Positions 9,701-18,900 of a stretch of 64,000 nucleotides of DNA are shown here, in pieces. Position 1 is the first letter of the stretch. The number at the start of each line of letters is the position of its first letter. Origin of the DNA: an uncultured virus (IMG/VR IMGVR_UViG_3300034106_004022) (lineage: Duplodnaviria; Heunggongvirae; Uroviricota; Caudoviricetes); IMG/VR virus record IMGVR_UViG_3300034106_004022, positions 1 through 64,000 of that record. One strand, written 5' to 3'. Made by a program: the position numbers and the translations under genes. The notes beneath the pieces were generated by a model. It was not told the DNA's origin. It worked only from the letters and a program-made list of their open reading frames with translations, and made no database searches.

Positions 9701-12058
9701 AGTGGATTTGAATATATTGAATCTAAATGTAAGAGAGATGTAGGATATATTGTAGATGCAGTAGCAACCGATGTATTATATGGTGGAAATGAAAGAAGTG
9801 TAACTGCTGGTGAGTTTTATTACTTATATCCATCACAAGCTACTTCGGTTCAATCCGACCAAACAATCACCGGTGTAAATCATGCATTTGGTTTGGCTGA
9901 TAAAATAGTTAGAAATACTTTATTAGTAACCGCAAGTGCTGAAACTATTGCAAATTATGATGTAATATTAGATAATAAAGGATTAATACAAACAAACGTA
10001 ATTTATTATATAGATTCAGTATATCCATACTTTACTTACAATAGAACTAAGTGTAGAAGAGATGTTGGTTACATTGTAGATGCAATAGCAACCGATTTAC
10101 TATGGGGTGGTAACGAAAGAAGTATTGTAGCAGCTGATTACTATTATAGATATCCATCTGAAGCTACAACTATTCAGTTAAATGAAACTACTGAAGCAAT
10201 ATCATATGTTAAAACAATTATAAACAAATTAATTCAAAATAATATATTACAAGTACCAACTGTAACTTCAAATACTAATAATAATATTAAATTTACTAAT
10301 AGTAATCAAATAAGTGGAGCAGGTACATCTAATATTAATGTATTAAACGCATTAAGTTCATCATTTGGATTAGTAATGAATACTATAACAAATGGAACGG
10401 GTTCACTCCCAGCCATTTCTCAATATACTGCATCGTTAATAGATTCTGGAACTTTACAAGCATATTCATTAATAAAATCAAATATACCATTTATCCAAAA
10501 TGAGGTAATTGCATATATTAGTTCTTCTTGGAGTGGATTCGCATACAATGAAGCTAGTTGTAGTAGAGATGTGGGATTAATTGTAAGTGGGGCAATTGAA
10601 GATTTACTATTTGGTTCAGTATCAGCATCAGTAGTAAATGCTAAATACTATTTTGAATACCCATCAGCGGCAACTGGTTCACAACTATATCAAACATTAG
10701 ATGGAATCAAATACGCAGCTAGTTTAAGTAATAAAATAGCACAAAATATTCAATTCGTAACTGCTTCAAACGAAGTATCTGCATCTTGGCATTTATTAAG
10801 AGATAATAAGGAGTTTATCCAAAATGAGGTAATCGCTTATGTATCATCTTCTTGGAGTGGTGTTTATTATAATGAAGATAAGTGTAAGAGAGATGTTGGT
10901 TATTTAATTGATGCAGCTGCAACTGACCTTTATTATGGTGGAAATGAGAGAAGTGTAACCGCTGGTTCATTCTATTATCTATTCCCATCTGCGGCTACTC
11001 AAAATGGAGTTCCTTCAACAACTTCTCAATTGGACCCAACTGTTGATGGTATAATATACGCAAGTGGATTATCACAAAAAGTAATTCAAAATGTAGAATT
11101 TGTACAACCATCGGCTTCAGTATTAGTAGGTGCTGATTTATTAATTGGAAATAAAAGATTCATCCAAACTGAAGTAATTCAATATCTTTCATCATCTTGG
11201 AGTGAATTTTATTATAATGAAGCAAGTTGTTCTCGTGATATTGGGTATATTATAGATGCAGCTAGAACGGATTTAGTTTATGGTGGAAATGAAAGAAGTA
11301 TTAAGGCTGGAACGTTTTATTACTATATTCCATCGGAAGCAACAACTAAACAAAAACCACAAACAATTGATGGTATTGATTTTGCTAAGGGAATGGCTGA
11401 AAAGGTAATTTTGAAAGAACAATTAGTAAGACCATCATTCCAAACAAAATTATCGGTTGATTTATTAAGGGGAAGTAAAAAAACATTACAATCAATCGCA
11501 ATATCATATACCGCTGGAGCATTTCCTAACTTTGTTTATAATGAAGAAAAGTGTTATAGAGATACTGGATTTATTGTAGATGCAATAGCAACGGATTTAT
11601 TATATGGTGGAAATCTAAGAAGTGTTAGAGCAGCATCATCATATTATACTGGGGTATATGGTTCAGCAGCAGTAGTTGTAAACGAACAAAAGAAAGAAAC
11701 AGCTGAAACTAATAGATATTTAAGAACACAATTCCAAAGAATAGTGAGAAATGCTCCTGTTGAAGAATTTGGTTCTTTGATAATTACTACTGGACATGAC
11801 TTTTCTTATTCTGGAGCTGGAGTAACTTATAAGGCATTACCTTTTAACCAGGGTGGAGCTGGAGTTGCTGACCCAACGAAAGAAATTACCGAATTGGCTG
11901 GAGGTAGAGTTTACTTTACATCTGGTAACGAGCTTGGTGACTTTAAAATTGGTACGGGGCTTATAATTAATCAAGCAACCGGAACATTGCAAGGTAGAAC
12001 ATTCTCTCGTTCATTGTTCTCATTAGTAACACCATTCTCATTAGCATTAGAAGGATAA
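3740..12058 (+). CDS. Giant virion structural protein: beta-helix-like domain interrupted by 13 Cys-containing phycobiliprotein-like helical repeats and a degenerate cupredoxin-like domain
   Basis: 2772 aa. N-terminal IYVS..NGNDNNSG...PLRTIKKAA, GTYLE and SPYVQNCS motifs; 13 copies of C-x-R-D-(I/V/T)-(G/S); C-terminal GHDFSYSGAG...GGRVYFTS...GDFKIG segment; lies in the tail module. Confidence 0.75.
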   Translation: MARLIPQKQIEEVNQFRDSISVGNSVFISGSLLVSQSIDIGTRTSDKQRITGSVEITGSLQIDGALSFANAASRLDATASFSDISVDTQRFGGILVEDFAKSDSTIYVSSTNGNDNNSGTSPQFPLRTIKKAAQLATPGDDGRYGLPTGSLFSGFRITVDAGTYLEENPIELPRNTTVWGAGLRVTKIIAKNENEDLFWVNSGCYLAEMTFAGLRVYPSVDDSQSGFAIAFAPNAFITTSPYVQNCSMISNQENSFLELYEDIPAGGGGLNVDGNRIHPDSPLASMVLDAYTQVAPNGVGCQVVGRGFIQLVSFFTNFSAYSVKVIDGGHAVLLNSNTSFGDYGMYASGSRFITGSGGNFDAFLNVQDNYSIIVNTIEGGLSTIPALVPNTENGIRVTDPNVLPQYFLSEDSSNEVSDIVKADFKLISSIIDNGIVNKPSLIAKSSINGYSSQSVYNISGENQYTSSTTASLQNIASVDTNFNILYDIIERGNPATESYVRISNVSHSIQATDIVQYKTSAVDSPTITTTNNSFDTIMSIVAGGIAPNIVSNTSASFKFSNVNQYQTGTTSSLQTINSVSSSFSIVYDTIEYGTGDLPTIIPSSSNASTSSEKQNAYNLLINNIPFIQSETIAYMSSSWSEFSYNETTCKRDISYIVSGAAYDILYGGNEESIKSARFYYLYPSEATTTQLEPTLTAVKYASGVAQNILKGNQYITSSANINNGYNIIFNNKDFVRAETIAYISSSWSEFEYNEVSCSRDIGYILDAVGTDLKYEGNDRSVTAGQFYFRYPSEATTTQLNQTLDAIRYAKRLTEKLLNNDTFVTASNSVIGAVDLMRKNRSLIQTETITYINTQYPNLDYNQAKCRRDVGYIVDNITTDLLYGGNERTETAGLYYFLFPSVANTTQLTETINALQYVNALTDKILISEILPTPKIGLNIDSNIKVTAFNSVTSSISASNTEVTLVSQSFGIIEDIIRYGTDYIPSAIVGNSNDYIWNINNPINVSGITQIQSTLANANTQSISNNVNTIIKIIESGSSVTTEQTIGTDRNGAPISTVGIPKNSYGSNLITTVIGTTIPAEIQLVKNTAAGIKFGNGLQITSSISASATEIQKVSSSFSIVTDIIKYGISGSLSLSGSSEYSTYYEVIAFESANYLFNENQLNKFDNVLTASIEDGSIDPTLTLKRGELYTFSVNSLNIVNATELDFRPFYIKTDIKPGLRNQYTKGVTNNGVTFGTLTFIVPFDAPDTLYYVNGKDIEASGIINIVDELPISDTQRYIEIPSLGDFEVVANTINNIKVTNIPQIQSIYTASISESLSVSSSFATTIDILFNGVSNLPTTITNVSGLIKKRELSQYTSSFAVSSALRNTISSSFNIVTNIVTNGTGSVPALIENTNDLIKVTSVPQIIGLQSGSITQVNNVSSSFANIINIIKNGTGSIPVEISNINGLTKFSSTEQFTASLSASLEDVTFVSNSISIVSTIITNGSGSYITASLYGAASTQPSTLAAYQIIKQNIPFIQIETLSYLSSSWSTASYNEASCSRDIGLIVSGAAEDLLYNTISSSIVNGKYYLEYPSAAETTQINQTLDGIEYASKLTQKLIQNIIFETASMEVSASYNLIRKNREFVKSETIAYLSSSWSTFDYNESLCRRDIGHIIDAVSTDLLYGGNERSNTAGEFYYKYPSSATVSGSVSPTTAAQLYPTLDGINYARRLVQNIVVNNQFALAPDSRTNAYDLIVENKSLIQSEVVSYVSSSWSGVLYNDISCSRDIGYILDAVATDTLYGGNERSSVAGEFYYLFPSRATNGGVPSENNQLDSTLSGINYAKGMVNQLLQNNIFVTASLQTIGVTNLIIDNKPLIQNEVISYISSSWSNFQYNEASCSRDVGYILDAVATDFYYGGNERSITAGTFYYLFPSAATVSGSSSPSVDAQLYPTVDGVTYAQRLTNKIINNITLVTASLERQTTYDLLLDNKLLIQNEVISFMSSSWSGFEYIESKCKRDVGYIVDAVATDVLYGGNERSVTAGEFYYLYPSQATSVQSDQTITGVNHAFGLADKIVRNTLLVTASAETIANYDVILDNKGLIQTNVIYYIDSVYPYFTYNRTKCRRDVGYIVDAIATDLLWGGNERSIVAADYYYRYPSEATTIQLNETTEAISYVKTIINKLIQNNILQVPTVTSNTNNNIKFTNSNQISGAGTSNINVLNALSSSFGLVMNTITNGTGSLPAISQYTASLIDSGTLQAYSLIKSNIPFIQNEVIAYISSSWSGFAYNEASCSRDVGLIVSGAIEDLLFGSVSASVVNAKYYFEYPSAATGSQLYQTLDGIKYAASLSNKIAQNIQFVTASNEVSASWHLLRDNKEFIQNEVIAYVSSSWSGVYYNEDKCKRDVGYLIDAAATDLYYGGNERSVTAGSFYYLFPSAATQNGVPSTTSQLDPTVDGIIYASGLSQKVIQNVEFVQPSASVLVGADLLIGNKRFIQTEVIQYLSSSWSEFYYNEASCSRDIGYIIDAARTDLVYGGNERSIKAGTFYYYIPSEATTKQKPQTIDGIDFAKGMAEKVILKEQLVRPSFQTKLSVDLLRGSKKTLQSIAISYTAGAFPNFVYNEEKCYRDTGFIVDAIATDLLYGGNLRSVRAASSYYTGVYGSAAVVVNEQKKETAETNRYLRTQFQRIVRNAPVEEFGSLIITTGHDFSYSGAGVTYKALPFNQGGAGVADPTKEITELAGGRVYFTSGNELGDFKIGTGLIINQATGTLQGRTFSRSLFSLVTPFSLALEG
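5581..11760 (+). repeat. 13 protein-level repeats of about 108-117 aa, in blocks of 3, 6 and 4
   Basis: Invariant Cys codons at 5684, 6008, 6332, 8357, 8681, 9032, 9377, 9728, 10052, 10559, 10883, 11228 and 11552. Confidence 0.9.
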
Positions 12059-12068
12059 AAATAAAATT

Positions 12069-12929
12069 ATGGCAGACGTATTTGTACCACTTAACGCATT
12101 CAAATCGGTAGTAACGACACTAACCGGTGAAGAAGACCAAGTATACACCACTCCGAGTGGTGTATCTACTATTATACTATCGACTCAAGTTACCAATAAT
12201 GGTAATCAAACTGAAGAAGTAACAATTAAATTAGCTTCGAATAGAGAAATACCAGTACCACAAGTTGCTGGAATTATCAACACCGGAAGTATGTATAGCG
12301 CATCAGCGCTTTTAGAACAAAATTTAACATTTTTGAAAAAAGAAGTAGCAGCTTATACTAACTTCAATAATAACTTAGCAGAAGTTCCATTTGGATTTTC
12401 ACAATCTAGATATGAAGCATATGTGGATACTGCAGTAAATGCGGTAGTTTATGATATTCAAAATGGGGGTACTATCCGAACAAATAAAGCAGCTTTATCA
12501 TTTTATAATAAAAATGGTGAAACGTTAGTTCCAACTGGACAGGTAACGGCATCTTACGAAGCAATTAATTATACAGATACATTAGTAAAACAAATTTTAA
12601 TTAACCAATCCATCACTGGTTCGGTTAATGTGGATAGAATTTATCAAACAATTTTCACCCAATCATTCAATTATGGTTTAATTGCAGAAACTGGGTCACA
12701 AGAAATTATTTCTCAACTATTTACTGTTATATCGGATACTATTTATGACCCGGTGAGAGAAACGCAAGAGGCGGTAGAGTTAGTAAGGAACTATCCTATC
12801 CCAAAAAGTGATTCATTTTCACCCGTAGTGGCTGGTAAATTAGTATTAGAGCAAGAGTTTGGATTACTATTCTCAGGTTCTACCGATTTGAAAATAGTTT
12901 TATCACTTCTTGAAAGTGCAAATGAGTAA
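12069..12929 (+). CDS. Virion adaptor-like protein with one inserted Cys-less copy of the helical repeat
   Basis: 286 aa. The N- and C-terminal parts (NAFKS...VYTTPSG...KLVLE...VLSLLE) resemble 26666..26998, and the middle resembles the repeat of the 2772-aa protein. Confidence 0.6.
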   Translation: MADVFVPLNAFKSVVTTLTGEEDQVYTTPSGVSTIILSTQVTNNGNQTEEVTIKLASNREIPVPQVAGIINTGSMYSASALLEQNLTFLKKEVAAYTNFNNNLAEVPFGFSQSRYEAYVDTAVNAVVYDIQNGGTIRTNKAALSFYNKNGETLVPTGQVTASYEAINYTDTLVKQILINQSITGSVNVDRIYQTIFTQSFNYGLIAETGSQEIISQLFTVISDTIYDPVRETQEAVELVRNYPIPKSDSFSPVVAGKLVLEQEFGLLFSGSTDLKIVLSLLESANE

Positions 12930-12951
12930 TAATTAAGTTGAAAAAACATAA

Positions 12952-15900
12952 ATGAGTCAATTATTAAGTGGTAAGGTAAAAGTAACGCTTCCTCAGAATG
13001 TTTCTGAAGATAGATATGAGTTTCTTCAACTGAATGAAGCAGAACCTAATTTAGGGGTACCTATTAGTGGTAGTTTATCGAGCGGTTCAGTTGCTTTATT
13101 AGCATCTGATGAGTTTGGTAATCGTTTATTTGTAACAAAATTACAATTTCCTGAGTATAGTGGTTCATTTAGTGGTTCATTTCAAGGAGATGGTTCACGA
13201 TTAACCAATTTACCCTTAGTAAAAGATGCTTCTAGATTAATTTCTGGTTCAGCATCGGCATCAATTTCACCACAAACCGGATTTTTAGTAAATGTATCAT
13301 CATCTTTTGATGGTGATATGGATATAAATGGTGATGTTAGGGTTACTGGTGACTTATATGTTAATAATAGGATAGTTGCAAGAGAAATATTGGTTCAAAT
13401 CATATCATCTTCAATTATTTTTTCATCTGGGTCAAACCGATTTGGAAATTCATTAGTAGATTTACAAGAATTCACTGGTTCTGTATCAGTTACAGGTTCA
13501 TTTGATGTAAATGGTGAGGGTAGATTCAGTAATAACGTTTACATATCAAATACAGCTTCAGCATCCTTCTTTGAGGGTGATGGTAGTAAGTTATTTAACC
13601 TTCCTGCGGCAGCAGAATCACCAAGAATCGTTGATGGGGCTGTTACGGCATCCGTTAATGAATCTTATGGGTTTAGATTAGAAGGAACTACAAGAGCAGA
13701 GTTCAGTTCTTCACTTTTTGTGAGTGGAAACATAGAAATTGTTAGTGGTTCATCATTTAGTGGTAGTGGTGCTAACTTATTTGATATTCCGAGGGCAGCT
13801 TTAACGCCTGACGCTCTTCTGTCGGCATTTATTACATCAGGTTCGGTCACCGCATCGGTTAATCCAAATTATGGGTTTCGATTAGAAGGTACCAATAGAG
13901 CAGAATTTAGTTCTTCACTATTTGTAGCTGGTAATGTAACCGCATCGATGTTTACTGGTAGTGGTGCTGGTTTATTCGATATTCCAAGGGCAGCATTAAC
14001 ACCGGATGCATTGGTTTCTCCATTAATTGGTAGTGGAAGTGTAACGGCATCGGTTAATCCAAATTATGGATTTAGATTAGAGGGTACCAATAGAGCAGAG
14101 TTTAGCTCATCGGTATATGTAGATGGTAATGTAACTGCATCAATGTTTAGTGGTAGTGGTGCTGGTTTATTTAATATTCCGAGAGCAGCTTTAACGCCTG
14201 ATGCACTTGTATCACCATTAATTAGTAGTGGAAGTGTAACCGCATCGGTTGACCCTAAGTCTGGATTTGTTGTAACTTCAATCGAAAGCGGTTCACAATT
14301 TACAGGTTCATTATTTGTAAGTGGTGGTATTTCTATAAATAGTGGTTCAATTTTTAGTGGTAGTGGTGCTGGTTTATTTAATATTCCGAGAGCAGCATTA
14401 ACACCTGATGCATTATTGAGTACATTTATATCATCGGGTTCAGTAACAGCGTCTGTTTCTCCAAACTTTGGATTCAGAGTTGAATCACAACAAAGTGGTT
14501 CTGAGTTTACAGGTTCAGTTGATGTTAGTGGAAACGTATCCGCATCAATGTTTAGTGGTAGTGGTGCTGGTTTATTTGATATTCCTAGGGCAGCATTAAC
14601 ACCGGATGCATTATTATCAAATTTAATAACAAGTGGAAGTGTAACGGCATCCGTTGACCCTAAAGCTGGATTTGTAGTAACTTCAATCCAAAGTGGTTCA
14701 CAATTTAGTGGTTCAGTTAGATTTAGAGATAATCTTATAGTAGCTGGTAATGTAACCGCATCGATGTTTACTGGTAGTGGTGCTGGTTTATTCAATATAC
14801 CAAGAGCAGCATTAACACCGGATGCACAATTATCAAATATAATAGCAAGTGGTTCAGTTACCGCATCGGTAACTCCACAAAATGGATTTCAAGTAATTTC
14901 AGTTGCAAGTGGTTCGGAATTTACAGGTTCGGTTAGACTTAGAGATAACCTTAATGTAAGGGGAACTGTAACTGCATCAATGTTTAGTGGTAGTGGTGCT
15001 GGTTTATTTAATATTCCATTATCTGCATTAGCTGAACAAGTAGCTCAAGCTACTAGGATAGCAACCGGTTCAGTAACGGCTTCTGTTGGAAGTAATTTTG
15101 GATTTAAAGTAGAATCTGCACAATTTGGTTCTGAATTTACTGGTTCAATTGATGTAAGTGGTAGTGTAACTCTTAAATCTGGTTCATTTTACTCTGGTAG
15201 TGGTGAGGGATTATTTAATATTCCATTATCAGCATTATCTGAAGAGGTAATTAATAGAAATTTCATAGCAGATGGGCAAGTAACTGCATCTGTTGATAAT
15301 ATAAATGGATTTGTAGTAACATCACCATTAAGTGGTTCTACATTTAAAGGTTCAGTTTATGTTACTGGGTCTGTAAATGTAAGTGGTTCATTATTTGTAA
15401 GTGGTGGTGGTATTATTCAAGCATTAACTGGTTCATTCTTTAGTGGTAGTGGGCAGGGGTTATTAAACATACCTCGTTCGGCATTAACTGAAGATGCACT
15501 TATTTCAACTGAAATAAAATCAGGTTCAGTAACGGCATCGGTATCTCCTAATATTGGATTTGTAGTAAATTCGGCTCAAAGTGGTTCGGAATTTACTGGT
15601 TCAATAGATGTATCTGGTTCGGTATCAGCATCTTTATTTAGAGGTGATGGTAGTGGATTAACAAATATAACTATACCTGTAATTACCGATGGTAATGTAA
15701 CTGCCTCAGTTGATGATTCTAATGGATTTATAGTTACATCTCAGGCATATGGTTCACAATTTACTGGTTCTGTTAGAGTTAATACATTTGTAACTGCATC
15801 TGAATTTAGAGGTAATTTTGCAGGAGATGGTTCTCAAATTACTAATATTCAAATATCTATTATCCAAGATGGTGAAATAACTGCATCTGTTTCAAATGAG

Positions 15901-18900
15901 AATGGTTTTGTAGTTGATTCTTTCAAAAGTGGTTCAACTTTCTATGGTAATATAATAGCAAATAATGGTATTGTATCTAATGATGATATCATAGCAAATG
16001 GAAACATACAAGCTAATATTGGTTCATTCTTTAGTGGTAGTGGAGCTGGATTAACTAATATTCCTTTATCTGCATTTGCTGAAGAGGTAATTGCATCAAC
16101 TCGTATCCAAAGTGGGTCTGTTACTGCATCAGTATCTCCTAATTTTGGATTCAAAGTAGAATCATTGGATAGTGGTTCACAATTTACTGGTTCTGTTAAA
16201 GTATTAGGGCAAGTAAAAATTCTATCTGGTAGTGGATACTTTAGTGGTAGTGGTGAGGGGTTAACAAATATCCCCCGTTCAGCATTAACTGAAGATGCGT
16301 TACTTTCATCATTCATTGTAAGTGGAAGTGTAACTGCATCGGTAGCACCAAATACTGGGTTTGTTGTTATATCATATCAAAGTGGTTCAACTTTCTTTGG
16401 TGATATTCAATTAGCAACTGGTTCTTTCTCTGGTAGTGGTGCAAGATTATTTGATATACCAAAATCAGCAATTTCTGATTTAGATACTTCTAAAATATTT
16501 AGTGGTTCGGTTACCGCATCAACTCACCCTCAAAATGGATTTATTGTAACATCAGTTGTAAGTGGTTCAACTTTCTTTGGTGATGTTCAATTGGTAACTG
16601 GTTCTTTCTCTGGTAGTGGTGCAAAATTATTTAACATACCAAGAACAGCACTAACACCTGATGCACTTATTAGTACAACTATTACATCTGGTTCAGTTAC
16701 CGCATCAGTAGCACCAAATACTGGATTTGTTGTAACATCAATTGAAAGTGGTTCAAAATTCTTTGGTAATATAGAATTAGTAACTGGTTCATTTAGTGGT
16801 AGTGGTAGAAATTTATTCGATATTCCTTTTTCTAATTTAACTGGAGATTCAAATAGAATTGCTAGTGGTTCTGCTACTGCATCTATTTCACCAAATTTAG
16901 GATTAGTTGTTAATACATCCGCATCTATTGATGGTGATTTAAATGTAGCTGGGGCAATCAACGCAACAGAAATAAATGTAACGTTTATAAATTCGGAAGT
17001 AATTTATTCTTCTGGTTCAAATATATTTGGTGATTCATTGACAGATATACAACAAATGACTGGTTCGGTTAAAATAACTGGTTCTTTGACTGTTGATGGT
17101 GTAATCACTGGTGATGGTAGTGGATTATTTAATATCCCACAATCAGCACTTACTGAAGCAGCAACATTAATTGCTAGTGGAAGTGTAACGGCATCGGTTA
17201 ACCCTAATAACGGATTTGTTGTAACTTCAATCGAAAGTGGTTCTACATTTAGTGGTTCACTTTTTGTAAGTGGTGGTGTTTCTATAAATAGTGGTTCAAC
17301 ATTTAGTGGTAGTGGAGCTGATTTATTCAATATCCCAATATCAGCATTTTCACCTGATGCACAAGATGCAATTAATTCACTATTGGCAATCCAAAGTGGA
17401 ATATTGGCTAGTGGTAGTGTAACGGCATCAGTTTCGAATGAGTTTGGATTTAAAGTAGAATCAATTGATAGTGGTTCACAATTTACAGGTTCATTATTTG
17501 TAAGTGGTGGAGTAGAATTAAGTAGTGGTTCATCGTTTAGTGGTAGTGGTGCTAGATTGTTCGATATACCAAGAGCAGCATTAACGCCTGATGCACTTTT
17601 ATCAAACTTAATCGCAAGTGGTTCAGTTACCGCATCAGTAACACCTGATAACGGATTTGTTGTAACTTCAATCGAAAGTGGTTCTACATTTAGTGGTTCA
17701 CTTTTTGTAAGTGGTAATATTGAGGTTGTTAGTGGTTCATCATTTAGTGGTAGTGGTGAAAACTTATTTAATATCCCACTAACCGCACTTTCTACTGAAG
17801 CAATTGAAGCACTTATTTCAACTGAAATTAAAAGTGGTAGTGTAACCGCATCAGTAACACCTGATTTTGGATTTGTAGTAGTATCAGCTGAAAGTGGTTC
17901 TGAATTTACTGGTTCAGTTGATGTAAGTGGAAGTTTATATGTAACCCAAACTATAAGTTCAAGTATTGTAAAAGCAAATGAATTATCTGGTTCATTCTCT
18001 GGTTCATTCTTTGGAGATGGTGGTGGATTAACTAATATTTCACTTGCTAACTTATCATTTGATGTATATCGTTTAGTGAGTGGTTCAGTTACGGCATCCG
18101 TAACACCAACTGAAGGATTCAAAGTTGAATCTTTGGATAGTGGTTCTAAATTTACTGGTTCAATTGATGTATCTGGTTCAATAACTATTGATGGTATTTA
18201 TACTGGAGATGGTAGTGGATTGACAAATATTGATATTGCTAATTTGGCAATTGATACTTCTAGAATTTACACTGGTTCCGTTACTGCTTCGGTATCTACT
18301 GATGGCCACTTTAGAGTTTTAGATGGTACTACATTAAGAGCAATTAAATCCGAATTTAGTGGTTCAGTTTATGTATCTGAATCAATATATGTAAACAAAT
18401 TTATATTTGGTGATGGTACTTTTATCACAAACGTAACCGCTGCAGCATCTCCAAGAATTTCATCTGGTTCAGTAACGGCTTCAGTTTCACCTAATTTTGG
18501 ATTTAAAGTAGAATCCGCACGAAGTGGTTCTGAGTTTACGGGTTCAGTTGATATTAGTGGTTCAATATCGGCATCTTTATTTAGTGGTGATGGTAGTGGG
18601 TTATTCAATATTCCATTAGAAGCACTTGAAGATTTACAATTAGTAAAAATTAACTCTGGCTCTGGTATAGCAATTATTGACCCATTAAAATTAGATGTAA
18701 ACGTTCCAATAACAGCATCTCGATTTGATGGAGATGGTAGTGGATTATTTAACATTCCTGCAAACGCATTACAAGACCTTCAATTAGATAGAATTATATC
18801 TGGTTCAACTCAGGCGGTAATTTCACCTGATAAAGGATTTGAGGTTGGTACAAAAACATCTATATCTGGTTCACTTAGTGTAAGTGGTGGATTATTTGTA

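Noticed and set aside
13665..18755. Minus-strand ORFs of up to 372 aa within the 3994-aa gene
   Set aside because: Antisense shadows of the Ser/Gly/Val-rich repeats, with no independent expression signals.
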